Shown: positions 37,320 to 50,495 of the stretch, piece after piece | Layout of the letters: each line of letters opens with the position of its first letter | Position numbering within the stretch: position 1 is the first letter of the stretch | From: Octopus bimaculoides | Lineage: Eukaryota | Direction: 5' to 3' | Length of the DNA stretch: 64,000 nt | Assembly: GCF_001194135.2 (NCBI RefSeq) | Contig: NC_068985.1 | Span: 65,151,464-65,215,463, forward strand | Notes under the pieces: generated by a model | The model's input: the letters and a program-made list of their open reading frames with translations, nothing else | Databases searched by the model: none | Told to the model about the DNA's origin: nothing | Made by a program: the position numbers and the translations under genes

Positions 37320-40145
37320 AAGGTTATGCTTCACCACCTCATCCCATGTCTTTCTGGGTCTCCCTCTACACCAGATTCCTTCCACTGTTTGGGAGTGGCG
37401 CTTCTTCACACAGCTCTCCTCATCCATCCACAGTGCATGGCCATACCAACATAAACGTCTCTCTTGCATGCCATATCCGATGCTCCTTATGTCTAACATT
37501 TCTCTCGGGGTGCTTACACTCTGTTGTGTGTGCATACTGACATTACACATCCAGCGGATCATCCTAGCATCATTTCTTTCGAGTCTATGCATGTCTTCAG
37601 CAGTCACGGCCCATGTTTCACTGCTGTGAAGCATGGCATTCACACACATGCATCATACAATCTACCTTTCACTCTGAGCGAGAGGCCCTTTGTCACCAGT
37701 AGGAGTAGAAGCTTTCTGAACTTTGCCCAGGCTATTCTTATTCTAGTGTTAACACTCTCTGAGCATCCACTTCCACTACAGACTAGGTAGTGGAAGCTAT
37801 CAACTACTTCTAATTTCTCCTCCTCGCATGTGATGGAATCTGTTTTCTGAGCACCTGTGCATCTGTCACACACGAAAGCTATCTTCCTGGTTCATCTTCC
37901 TTTGATGTTGCTGCACCTCTTATGTGTCCATAGCTTACACTGGGTACATCTTATGGAGTTTCTACCTACACCTTTCCTACAGATCGAGCAGGACCACCTA
38001 CCTGAAGGGGTGTGTGATGTGTTCGCTTTCCTACTTAATAGAACTTTGATCTTTGCAACATTGACTAAGGCCCTTCAATTCTAAACTTTGCTTCCACACC
38101 TGAAATTTCTTCTCTAGTTCTGGTAGTGATTCTGCTATGAGAGCCAGGTCATCAGCATAGAGGGGCTCCCAGGAGCAACCTGTCTTGAATTCTTCTGTTA
38201 TTGCCTGGAAGACTATGATGAATAGGAGTGGGCCTAGGGCTGATCCTTGGTGGACCCCTATGTCTAATCAGAATTCTTCACTATACTCATTGCCAATCCT
38301 AACCCTACTAACAGCATTTCTGTATAGGGCCTGTACAGCCCTTATCAACCATTCGTCAATCCCCAGTTTCCGCATCACCTACCAGATAAGGGATCGGAGG
38401 ACCCTGTCAAGGCTTTCTCCAAGTCCACAAAAGCTAAATATAGGGGTTTATCTTTGGCTAGGTATTTCTCCTGCAGTTGCTGTACCAGGAATATTGCATC
38501 AGTGGTGCTTCTACCTGGCACAACACCGAACTGCATCTCATCTAAGCAGACTCTCTCTCTAATTAGTTGGGCTATGACCCTCTCTGTGACCTTCATCACT
38601 TGATCCAGCAGTTTGATACCCCTGTAGTTATTTCTATCTAAAGCATCACGTTTACCATTGAAGCAGTTGACTATGGTGTTGCTACACCAGTCATTGGGTA
38701 TGACTCCATCATGAACTACCTGGTTTACAATACAGGTGACTAGGCCATAGCCAACACCACCAGATATTTTAAGCATCTCAGCAATGATTCCTGATGGGCT
38801 GGGGACTTTTCCTGGCTTCATACCCTTAATTGCTTTATCTACCAGAGTGCTGTCTATTTGGATAGCTGGTCCCTCTACTAGATTAACATTTGGCAGGCTC
38901 TCCTCCTCCCATTCATTCTCCACATTCAGCAGTCTTTCATAGTGGCTTCTCCAAGCCTCTTTCTTTTCCGAATCATTAAAAGCAAGTGCACCATTATCCA
39001 TGTGGACACATTTCTCTCTTGTGACATCGCAGTTTTCTCTCACACACTGTCTTGCAATCCAAAATACTTCAGTTCTTTGGTCCTCACGTTGCTGGACATT
39101 GGCAAACTTTTTCTTTTCTGCTTCGCCCTTGGCTATGTATACTTGTTGCCCAGCCTCCCTTTTGGCTATCTGGTATGGTTCCCTGCTACCCCCACCCTTG
39201 CAGACTTTCCAGGCCTGTTTCTTTGAGTATTATTCCACCTCTATGTTACTCTAGGTCTGGAAGGGACTTTGCACCAAATACAGACTTGGTCTGTGGCACT
39301 CAATAAGCTGTCCCATTGGAATTTCCAGCTACCTTCTATGTCCGAGGACTGTAGCTCCTCCTCTCTCTCATCAAATTTTTTGATGAGGATGTCCCTAAAT
39401 CTCTGACCATGTGAAGGGTTCTTTAGCTTCCAAATCCTTCTCTTCTGGATTGGCCCGCTTCTTGGTATCCTTCTGGTCTTGAGTTGAAAGTCACTAATGA
39501 CTAGACTATGCTGGAGGGTGCATTCCTCACCTGGGAGGGTCTTTGTATTTAAGAGCAACCCTGCATCCTGCTGTCTGGTGAGGATGAAATCATTCTGGAT
39601 AGCAGAGTCACCTGATTGATAGGTTATCAGGTGGCTGTCTGGCTTCCTGAACTTAGTGTTGCAGATTAGAAGGTTACATGTATCACAGAACTCCAGTAGC
39701 CTCATGGCCCCCGTGAACACCAGTGAAGATACCGGATTTCCGACCAACATACCAACTAAAATCTCCAGCTGCAAAGATGAGGTCATTGCCACTCATCTTT
39801 GAGGTAGCCTGTAGAAGGCTATCATAAAAATGGTCCTTCTGATCATTTTGTAATCCCTCTTGTAGGGCATATGCAGAGATAATTGTAGTTGTGCTGTTCT
39901 GCAGGACTAGCCTGAGCTTAAGCATTCTATTGCATACCCTGACAACTTCTATGACTTTATCCACCCATTTCTTCGCAAGGAATATGCCTACACCCCCTAT
40001 TCCATCCATGTTACCTTGCCAGAAGATTTTATACCTATGTGCCTTGCCTGTGAGGACCCTAGCTGAAGCTCCTCTCCATCTTACCTCTTGTATGCAGCAT
40101 ACATCGAGCCATCTCCTTCCAACATCTCTACAATCTCAGTACACA
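37320..40145 (-). mobile_element. Near full-length RTE ORF (APE endonuclease plus RT), degraded
   Basis: GVGIFLAKKWVDKV..IISAYA..AAGDF; LITYQSG..QNDFILTR; ORF 38375-39043 (RT motifs to FVDLEKA); LLYADDL; C-terminal GRPRKTW. Confidence 0.92.
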
Positions 40146-40237
40146 CATATATATGATGAATATTTAAGTATAAATATGTAGATTTTTATATTAATAGATC
40201 TAACTTACACCGTACAAATGACTGAACATTAACGGGG

Positions 40238-40481
40238 AGGAAGAAAGATGTTATAAGTCCAACAGCTGTTTCTCATAATGTTGTTAGAAGTAGTTCATTA
40301 CAATATGCGGCCATAATGGAAGCCATCAACATTGCATAAATCTAGCCTCCGTCATCAGGGTAGAATAGATCTTACATTTCAGATCATAATGCAGAGAAGT
40401 TCAAACATGGAATGATTAAATGTGGAGAGTTATCTCCAAGCCCCCAGCAACAGCTGTTGGACTTATAACACCTTTCTTCCT
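40238..40481. repeat. 33-bp inverted repeats (1 mismatch) around a 178-bp spacer
   Basis: AGGAAGAAAGATGTTATAAGTCCAACAGCTGTT (40238-40270) versus the reverse complement of 40449-40481. No TSD seen. Confidence 0.85.
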
Positions 40482-40776
40482 GAAAATATTTCTAAATATT
40501 TAAAGGTGCTTATTATTTCTATCTTGGCTCTGAAGATTTTTTTTTTTTTGTTAAATGTGATTATTTTCATACTTATTTTAAAAGTTGACATTAAAATTCA
40601 ACTGAATAATTCTGCAAAATGTACACTCAGTTAAATTTTAAAAGTGGTGTATTTAGTTGAAAGACAGAATGTTGCAATATTAAGTCTTCAACAGCCTGTT
40701 TGCAACCTGATTATAATCTAAGTGAGATTAATTCTATTATTTCATTTTCAAAATGTTTGTAAAATTTTTGTTCCAG

Positions 40777-40872
40777 ATTGATACTTTGTCCCAACACACC
40801 AAAGATTTATCTTTCTCAGAAAAGAGCCCAAAAATGAAATCACAATTTGAGAAGAAAAGTAACCTGTCTACG
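40777..40872 (+). other. Candidate 96-bp host exon
   Basis: tttttgttccag|IDTLSQHTKDLSFSEKSPKMKSQFEKKSNLST|gtaaaa is open and phase 0-0, in non-repeat-looking sequence. No homology recognised. Confidence 0.25.
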
Positions 40873-41419
40873 GTAAAACTTTTAGATAATTTACTAATAA
40901 AATCAAATTTTATATTTCTTTTAAGATATGCTTTTGTCATGGATTCCATCCGTTGTTTTATCACTTTCATTCTTTGATTATTTTAGATATAAAATATGTG
41001 TGTCCAGATGTAGTGGATAAATTTGTGTAATTTCTGTTAAACCACGAAGTTAGTTACAATTAAAATATATGATTAGATGTAATTTTTAAATATCATTTGA
41101 GATGAAGCAGAGTATTTACTTTTTCTATATTACATTCCATAAGGAAATTACCTATCACATTTAATTTATCATCCTTTCAAGGACAATAATATTTACTCAA
41201 TGCAACCAATTTTTAAAAAATTCAAATATTGCTTTTATGTTTGCTAAAAAAAGTTGTAATTGTTATGAAATTTTCCATCAAGTATGAAGGCATTCATTCA
41301 GAAAGAAGTATTCTATCACTCCAGAATGAAAATATGACCTACAGAGTAAGCACATTCCCAAAAAAGAATTTAACATCAAGGACTATGTATAATATCATCA
41401 TCATCGTCATCATCATCAT

Positions 41420-44400
41420 TGTTATGTCTCAACGCTACTGCTATCTAGCACCTTTGGATGATCTCTACTCAACCGCTACACAACTGCTACTCGACTGCTA
41501 CTCAACACTCTACCATGGCCAGACTATCTCTATTTATATGTCTTGGGAGATCCTACTTCTTCACCTGGGGGCTTCGACACAACACCTCCCCCTTTTGAGT
41601 TTTGTTTTTTCTTTTCAAAAAATAAACGAATTTATTAATTTTATTTCCTCGGTGAGAAACTGGCATATCTTTTTCTCTTAGCATTTATTTCCATCATTTC
41701 TGTAGGTTTTCTCTTCCTACTTGACCTACGTGTCGGTTCCGCTTTCACTTGTAGTTCTGGGACCTCGAACAAATCATATCATATATCCATTTGTTCCTCT
41801 CGCCTCTCTTGGTTTTTGGTATATCTTTTTTTTTAATTGGTTTAAATGCCTTCTGTGTTCATATTTCGATCCTTTTACTGTGTACATCACATTACCCAGA
41901 TGTTCCATTATACTTCCTTATTCCCAGTCCTGTTTTCCATTACTATATACTCTAAAATACACTTTGTCACCTGTGTCTCAATTTGCTTGTCCATATTTGG
42001 CCAATAAACGTAACTTCTCATAAGGTTCTTCATCCGGACAATCCCTGGATGTCCAACATGAAAATCTTTTAATACTCTGTTTTGCAGTACTTCATTTATT
42101 ACCACTCCTTGCACGTATAATAATACCTCATCACATACTGAATAGTACTTTGAACTTATGTCCCGCTCATTTATATTTTTTGTGTTACACAAAATATTTT
42201 TAATCTTATTTATAAACCTTTCATTTTCCGATTTCAATTTAATTTCTTCCAGCGTTACTGGCAAATTACGTACTACATTGCACAAAATGTTCTTCAGTTC
42301 CTTTTCTAGTTTTAATGATGCAATCACCGTGTCTTCAAAAGGTTCCTCATATTAAGGAATCAGCCTAGACAACCCATCTGCGTGTCCCATTTTCATTGAT
42401 GGCAAAAACTCCATCTGAAAATCGTAGTTCAACAGAGTAGTTCCCCAGTGCTGTAAGTGGTTTGCTGAGTGCGTGGGGATACCCTTTTTCGAACCGAAAA
42501 TAGACAATAACGGTCAGTGATCCATTTGCAGTGTAAACTTCCTCCCATGTAAGAATTTATGGAATTTTTTAACTGCGAAGATTAATGATAACGCCTCTTT
42601 TTCCGCTGGTAACAGAACTCTTGATGCATGTGCAATAGCTTTGATTTTACCATCATTAAATTTATGCAATATAACCGCTCCTATACCATATTCACTGGCA
42701 TCCGGTGCTACAATTATTTTCAATTTTGGGTTGAAATGAGTTAATGATAACTCTGAAGTTAACCGCTTTTTTAGTTCCTCGAATGATTTCTGACATTCGT
42801 TTATCCAGCTCCATTTCGAGTCCTTCTTTAGTAATTTGTTAAACGGAGCTCTTAACTCATACATTTTAGGTATGTACAACTGGTAATAACTTACCAAACC
42901 TAAAAATGCTTGTAGTGTTGTTTTATTAGTGGAGCAGGCATGTTTTTTATCGCGCCAATCCTAGAAGGGTCTGGTTTTCGTCCTTTTTCATCGATCACCT
43001 GTCCTAAGTACTTTATTTTAGTCAAAAAAAATTCACATATATCCTCCCTTACTTTAAATCCATAATCACTAATTCGTTTGAAAACCTCTTCTATATGTTC
43101 ACTATGCTGGTCCCTTGATTCACTTTTAATCAATATGTCATCCAGGTATGGCACTGCGAACTTGCAATCTGCCAGCATAGTATCCATTACTTGCTGAAAT
43201 ATTGCTGGTGCAACNNNNNNNNNNCCTTGATTCACTTTTAATCAATATGTCATCCAGGTATGGGACCGCGAACTTGCAATTTGCCAGCATAGTATCCATT
43301 ACTTGCTGAAATATTGCTGGTGCAACCTTCACCCCAAATGGCAGTCTTTTGAAACGGTACAGACCTTTATGAGTATTAATTGTTAATACTTTAGCACATT
43401 CTTCGTCTACCTGTAATTGGAGGTAGGCCTCAGACAAATCCAGCTTGGAAAAAATTTTCCCACCATTGCACTTGCAAATACTTCCTCTAGATTTGGAAGC
43501 GGATAATTATACTTTTTTAAACAGTCATTCAGCCCAGTTGAGAAGTCAGCACATACTCTTACCTTGTTATTTTTCTTTTTTATATATATCATAGGAGCCG
43601 CCCACTCCGAGTAATCCACTTTTTCAATTACTTCCAGGTCTTCCAATCATTTTAATTCCTTCTCAACTTGATTCAACACCGCAAACAGTACATTTCTTTT
43701 CGGTTTAAACACCGGCACCACATTTTCTTTTAACTCAAACTTTACTTTAATTTTTTCACACATACCGAGCTCTTTCGAAAAAATATCCGAGTACATCCTT
43801 TTCAGTTTTAATTTCATTTTTTCCGATGCTTTCTCTGACACGGGCTGTGATGCATTCACCTTGTTACACAATGTATTCAGTGATAGATCCCACAGGTCGA
43901 ATCCTTCTATTATATCTGTCCCAAACAGATTCATTGTATTTTTTTATATCATTAGTTTACATTTCTGTGTCCTGTTTTTAAGTTTCATTTCTGTTGAGGT
44001 TTCATCCAAGAATCGAACTCGTTCCCCTGACACACCATGGGCTATCCTAATAGTCTTTTTATGCAACGGCCTGCCTATTTTACTCCATGTTGCCGTATTT
44101 ATTATCAATATGTCTGAACCGGTATCTAATTGCATTTTGGTCTGAAACCCATTTATTTCTACCGACACAAATTTTCAGTTTTGTCTGGTATAATTTACTT
44201 TTGTTGAGTAGACTTTCTTTTGTTTTACCATTTTCTTTCACTGGCATTTCGTCTGTATATGTCCAATTTTACCACACTTAAAACAGGTTTTATCTTCAAA
44301 GGGACAATCTTTCCTCAAATGTCGCTCTCTGCAACCATAGCACCGTTTTGAATTAAAATTTTTCCTTCTTTGTATACTTTCTTTACACATTTGTACATTA

Positions 44401-45309
44401 TTCTTATCTTCTATCTTCCTTGTATCATCTTTAAGGTTTATTATTTGTTGGCATTCTTCAGCCACTTTCTGCAAAGTGAGTTTCACATCTTGGTTCAACT
44501 TTGATAATATTCTTTATCTAATTTCTGTGTCTTCCATTGCCACTAGCCCTTTAACGAATATTAAACACTCGAACATATCTGGCATTAATTCTTCCAATTT
44601 GAACCTTTCGCAAGCCTTGTTAATCATACCAGCATATGTCACAAAATCATCAGACTCGTTTTTCTTTAAGTTTAAACTGTGAACTTTTCACGCTAAAAAT
44701 ATTCATCAAAATATTTATCGTTTCCTCAAAACACAATTCCGTGGGCTTTCTTGGCAAAATAAAGTTACAAAATCTTTCGTGTTCCAGAGTAACAAGCTTT
44801 CGCAAAAGGAGTCTTACCTTCCTTTCACTAGACCATCCCTTGCATACCTCTTGGAATATATCTTCGTATCGTCTGTAATATGCAGTAAAAGTAGTTCCTT
44901 CATCTGGATTGTACTGAAATTCTTTGATGGGATTTGCAACACCATCTGCTGAAAATGATTCTGTACTATTTCTCGCCTGCAGTAACAATTCTGTTAACTT
45001 CTGTAGTTGCTGATGCTCTTGTTGTTTCACTTGCTGCTCTTGTTTCACAACTGCTTTCAGTAACTCTTCCATTTTTGGTGCTATTAGAAACCTCGTCGCC
45101 ACTGTTATATCGCAATACTACACAGTGGTTGTGTGAGCTGCAAATCCTCGTTACCACTGTTATGTCTCAACGCTACTGCTATCTAGCACCTTCGGATGAT
45201 CTCTACTCAACCGCTACACAACTGCTACTCAACACTCTACCACAGCTAGACTACCTCTATTTATGTCTTGGGAGATCCTACTTCTTCGCCTGGGGGTGTC
45301 GACACAACA
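41420..45309 (-). mobile_element. Ty3/Gypsy (Mag-like) copy D, both LTRs and 5-bp TSD ATCAT, integrase core deleted
   Basis: LTRs at 41420-41584 and 45158-45309 (TG...CA); PPT AAAAGGGGGAGG at 41585-41596; PBS TGGCGACGAGG at 45091-45101; gag MEELLKAVV, QLDTGSD, RLPFG..YLDDILI, EKEAL, HVGHPG. Inserted in (CAT)n. Confidence 0.95.
45091..45101 (-). promoter_or_regulatory. Primer-binding site complementary to the tRNA-Ser(GCT) 3' end
   Basis: TGGCGACGAGG follows an ATAACA-G end. A second PBS-like TGGTAACGAGG lies at 45146-45156. Confidence 0.8.
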
Positions 45310-45344
45310 ATCATCAAAATCATCATTATCACTTTCAGTAGCAG

Positions 45345-45740
45345 CACCACCACCACTGCTATCATCTGACACTAAATAACAGTGTTGTACATGCACACCT
45401 AATGTGATTTATTACATGCTCATTGATGGTTACAAACAAACATGCAAACTCCAATACATCACTTAACAGTGATTCTGATATTACCACGTAGAAATCCACA
45501 ATATCAAACGATATGAATTTTGCTTTACTTTTATTGTGATGGATTTGAACCAAGATATTACCAAGGAACTATTGGTTCATCGTAATGGGTTTGAAGATTC
45601 CTTAATTTTATTATCAATATTCCTTAAAATTTTTTGCCTGTTAAACCTATTTCTGTCTTAGCTGAGTTAATTATGCTGCATTGTAGGTAGAAGATTCTTA
45701 CTCTTATTAGATGATAATAACTTTCCCAGCAACTATAAGA
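45345..45740 (-). mobile_element. Penelope-like RT fragment
   Basis: INSAKTEIG..KILRNID..ISWF..KFISFDIVDFY..SESLL..INHIRCACTTLLF. Confidence 0.75.
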
Positions 45741-46124
45741 TTATTTAATAGGCACACTTAAAATCACATATTTATGCTCTCTCTCCACTAGTGTAAAGAT
45801 CTATATCAATAAAAAAACCCAGTAACACAGACCTGCCCTGAGTGCATATGCAGAGGTAAATCTAAATATCCTCTATGGCAGGCATCTAATATATCCTCCA
45901 TTGTTTATTAAGCACAGGTATTGGCAAACTATGGCAATGGGTGGGCAGAGACAAAGTGTTATATTGAAACCATGGAAGGGAAATTTAAATCCAGATACAA
46001 CAACCATCTTTCAATCTTTAGACAGCCCAATAAGAGACATGCAACAAACCTCTCAACAACCTAAGAGATGGAGAGATAGCATCACAGCATGGACAGGTCT
46101 TGACATGATTTCACTTAATACCTT

Positions 46125-49100
46125 TATAATGGGAGGCAAGGTTCACGATATTGCATGAATATTGCCTTCTATTATAATTGTTTGTTGTGTTGTTTCAGGC
46201 TCCAGCAAGCGAGGAAAGAAATTTCAAGTGGAAATGCAATTCACAACTAGTTTTATTTACATTGTTACAAAGAACAAATGATGTGTATCGCTCTCAGTAG
46301 ACCATCTCAAGCTGTGTATGTTTCGTTGAATCTCCATTTACGCGGGCCCATTACCTCTGGAGATACGACTTGCAGACAGGACAAGCCTGGAGACCCAGCC
46401 AGCAAATGTGTGTTCAGCAAACGCTTGCGGTGAAAAAAGAGAGAGAATCTGTTTGTTGGGCCCTTATATCCAGTTTGCCATTGCGAGCCTCGTGATCTCG
46501 TGCATGGCAAACGGATGCAGGTGAGATCTCGCTCCAGTCTCAGAGATGGCAATGGCTGCCAGCAAGATCTCATCCAATATGGCATTGACTGCTTGTGCCA
46601 CTACAAGGGCTCCCCACTGAGAACGCGAGTGCAAAAACAGAACAATTGGAGCAGGCACAAGAAAGAGCAAAGATGGTAACTGATTGCAACCAACAAGATA
46701 TGGTACAAAAATGTGACAGGTCAAATAGAAAAATAATTGCAAGAAATATAAATTGGCATGCACAAAATTTGACAAAATGTTCAATGGCAGAGTATTGGAA
46801 CTGTTCAGTAACACAAGAAAGCAATTGTCTGTCACAAGAAACACAAAAGAGATTGTCAGATATAAATAGTTTTTGTAAGTTTTGTGGACCAATGCACACT
46901 ACGGCCTGTCCTGGTGACATAAGGTGGGTTTGTGTTAGGTTGTGGCAATGAAGGTGGAGTTGTAGGTGATGGTGTGGTCAAAGGTGCATGTGTAAGTGGT
47001 TGTAATAGATCAAAAGTGGGCGTGGCTGGAGTGTCATCAAAGGGCATGGAAACTTCAAAATATGCCTTTTTCAGTCTGTCAACTGTCACGGTCTCTGCCC
47101 GACCACCAATGTTGAGAGTAAAAATTTTGAGTGTGCACGACAGCACACAAAATGGTCCTTTGTAAGGAGAAACAAACAGTCCTCTAACAGAATCGTCCTG
47201 AACAAAAACATGAGTCCATTTGTCAATATCCGGTGGTCACGTGGATCCATGGGTGGAAGACTTGAGAGAAAGGAGTGAAGTCTGGTGACATACAATGTTG
47301 GATCAGGAGGCAACGAGTTGTCTGGCACTAACATTGTACCAGGGAGTGCCAGGGTGGTAATGTAAAGGAGTTCAGCGGAGGAGAAACCTGAGTCTGTTTT
47401 AATATCAGTGCGACAACCAATGAGAGAAATGATTGACGCATGCCAATATGTTAGAGAAACCGCGACTGAAAGGTCATGGTCCAACCAGATCAATGTGGAC
47501 ATGGCGAAAGCAAGTCTCCGGAGGAGAAAACTGTCCAAGAGGAGCGTGAATATGCCTGTGGATTTTAGAACACTGGCATTTTACACAAGAGCGTGCCCAA
47601 TCGGTGATCATCCGGCACATATTAGGCCAGAAAAACTGAGCCGTAATAAGCTTCACCGAGGCAGCGACACCAGGATGTAACAGTGAATGCAAGGCATCAA
47701 AAACAGAGCACTGGTAGTTCTCATGTACAAACGGTCTGGTAGAACCAGTAGCTGTGTCACAGAGAATGGTGCCTTCAGCAGACGAAAGTGGAAGATAGGC
47801 CAACTTACAACAGGACAACTTGGTAGAAGCTAAATCCAAAGTGTCCAGAGCTGGCCGATCTTGTGCAATGGCAGTTAAATCAATTGCAGCAGGAGATGAA
47901 AGGGAGCACACAGGAAGACGAGAGAGTGCATCAGCAGGCATGTTCTCTGTTCCAGGTATGTGCCGAATGTCACTTGTAAACTGGGAAATGTAGTCCAGGT
48001 GACGAAAAGCACGAGGCGAGTGTTTGTCCGATTTAGATGACAAAGCAAATGTAAGAGGTTTGTGATCAGTATAAATCACAAAATCTCAGCCCTCGACTTG
48101 ATGTTGAAAATAACGAACTGACAAGTAGATCACCAAGAGCTCGCAATCAAATGTACTGTTCTGACATTCAGCTGGCTTTAATTGACAAGTAAAAAACACC
48201 AAAGGTTTAGTCTGATTGTCTACAGCACCAACTGCAGAATCCAATGCATCAACAGTTAAAGAGAAAGGAGCATCAGGAACAGGATGTGCAAGCAAAGGAA
48301 CAGAAGCTATTTCTTTCTTGATTGACTCAAAAGCAGATAAATAGAATTCTTTTTTGTATTTGCTTTCAATAGTTAAGTCAAGGGAAGAAACTTGTCTCAC
48401 AATCATGAATGAATCGTCTGTAAAAGTTGACGACTCCCAAAAAGTGGCAGAGTTGGTGTAATGAAGTGGGGGGTGCGATGCACTGAATTGCATCGACTTT
48501 GGAAGAGAGAGGTCTGATGCCATTTGAGTCGATATAATGCCCCAGAAATTCCAGAGAGGACTGCCCAAAAACACACTTATCAGACTTGATTCACACATTG
48601 TAGGCGCGAAGATGCTGAAAGAGTTGATTTAAGTGTTGGAGGGGATTCTCATGTGTACCACTTGCAATGAGTATGTCATCAACTTGGCTTGTATGTAGTG
48701 AGACGCAAAGCCAAATAGAGCAACTAAAACCAGTGTCAACCATGAACGACTCGTTAGACACGTGGTCCTTTGCAAAAAGTGCACCATTTGAGGATAATTG
48801 GCTGGAAGTGCTTGACATGCTCAAGCCCTCTGCAGGTCGTTTCCCAATGACTGGAAAGAACAAAGCTGAATGCATTCACAGGCTTTATGCTGATACCTGG
48901 TGTGGTACCAACAAAGACGAGAACTAGACGGAAAGGAATCAGTCAAGCATGAATGGGACCAGCTTCGACTGCGCAAAGATCTGGTGTGCCCTCCCCAAAG
49001 CACATCCATTCGGCATGTTAAAGAAGCAAGTTTCTCCAAAATATCATCATGTAGTGAGGAAGATGCAGTGGAGGAAACCTCTGAGCAAGAGCAGAAATGG

Positions 49101-50495
49101 TGAGGTGCTGGCTGGTCAGCGAACTCTAAAATTTTATCAGCCATGGTAGCTAGTTGATTCATGGTGTTGGTATCAACCGCTGTGGCTAAAATGGTTTGCA
49201 CATTGGGAGGTAGCCAGAAGAAAAGCTTCCGTAAAAGCGAGTTTTCCTCAGTTGTGTCGCTGAACTTGCATAGATGCCGTAAGAATTGAGATGGTGTCCT
49301 GTCTCCTAGCTCCTCATCCTGCATTAGCTGCTTAAACTTAGACTCTGTAGATTTAGTGTTCTGTCGGAGAACCTCAGCTTTGATTACCTTGTAAGTCGCA
49401 TCTGGATGAGGATCAGTGATGACATCCTTGACCGAAGTAGCAAGTGGTGCAGGAATGCTACAAAAGAGAAGATTTAATTGTCGCTGTGAAGGTACCGCAT
49501 GTGCTGCAAAATGTGCCTCCAACTGTGAAAACCAAAGTATGACGTCACCAGTGAAAGAAAGAAGATTAGTTAAACTCATTTTGTTTTTTTTCTGTTAGAG
49601 GAGAAAAAGAAAAGGACCAAAAAATCAACAAAAAGTGTTGCTGGAAATAGCAGTGTGTGCGAGAAAAAAAATTTTTTTTAGCAAAATTTATTGAATCATG
49701 TATTGTATGCACAGACAAGGAAAAGAATTTTTCATCGCCAAACCTGTTTTTTTGCGCTAAAAGAAAAACAAAAAACACAAAAAACAGTGATTGTATATGT
49801 GTGCTTGTACCCATAAATTTTTTTTTTGTTTTGTTAGTTGAAAAAGTCGCCAGAAAATGGTGCATGACTGGTAATGTCCTGTTCCCACATGGGGCAATTC
49901 AAATCTGGCGGCAGACAGGAACGATGGCTAGAAGTTGAGTTGATTCTTCTGGCGTCCTGTAATTCCTTTCAGCTGCTGGAGATCCTTATCACGTTGGGGT
50001 CACCATTTTATAATGAGAGGCAAGGATCACGATATCGCATGAATATCACCTTCTCCCATTATAACTGTTTGTTGTGTTGTTTCAGACTCCAGCAGGCGAG
50101 GAAAGAAGTCTCAAGTGGAAATGCAATTCACAACCAGTTTTATTTACATAGTTACACAGAACAAATGATGTGAGTCGCTCTCAGTAGACCATCTCAAGCT
50201 GTGTACGTTTCGTTGTATCTCCATTTACACGGGCTCATTACCTCTGGAGATATGACATGCAGACAGAACTAGCCTGGAGACCCAGCCAGTGAATGTATGT
50301 TCAGCAAACGCTTGCGGTGAAAAAAGAGAGAGAATCTGTTTGTTGGGCCCTTATATCCAGTTTGCCATCGCGAGCCTCGTTGTGATCTCGCTCATGGCAA
50401 ATGGATGCAGGTGAGATCTTGCTCCAGTCTCAGAGATGGTAATGACTGCTGGCAAGATCTCATCCAATATGGCGCTGACTGCTTGTGCCGCTACA
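46125..50495 (-). mobile_element. Ty3/Gypsy CsRn1-type copy E, both LTRs and 4-bp TSD CCTT; RT and integrase partly deleted
   Basis: LTRs at 46125-46605 and 50009-50495; PPT TCAGTGGGGAGCCCT; PBS TGGTGACCCCAACGTGAT (49988-50005, tRNA-Trp-like); protease FMVDTG; RNase H IYTDHKPL..ADALSR; integrase HPGV..CVKC..HIDLVGP. Confidence 0.95.
48821..49579 (-). CDS. Uninterrupted 252-aa Gag of the CsRn1-type element
   Basis: LWFSQLEAHF..ELGDRTPSQFLRHL..LPPNVQTILA..CWYH..AC..C, with no internal stop. Confidence 0.75.
   Translation of the reverse strand: MSLTNLLSFTGDVILWFSQLEAHFAAHAVPSQRQLNLLFCSIPAPLATSVKDVITDPHPDATYKVIKAEVLRQNTKSTESKFKQLMQDEELGDRTPSQFLRHLCKFSDTTEENSLLRKLFFWLPPNVQTILATAVDTNTMNQLATMADKILEFADQPAPHHFCSCSEVSSTASSSLHDDILEKLASLTCRMDVLWGGHTRSLRSRSWSHSCLTDSFPSSSRLCWYHTRYQHKACECIQLCSFQSLGNDLQRA

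Noticed and set aside
43112-43326. ~100-bp direct duplication of the RT YLDD region in Gypsy D
   Set aside because: The two copies flank a 10-N gap and differ at a few bases, typical of unmerged overlapping contig ends or haplotypes.
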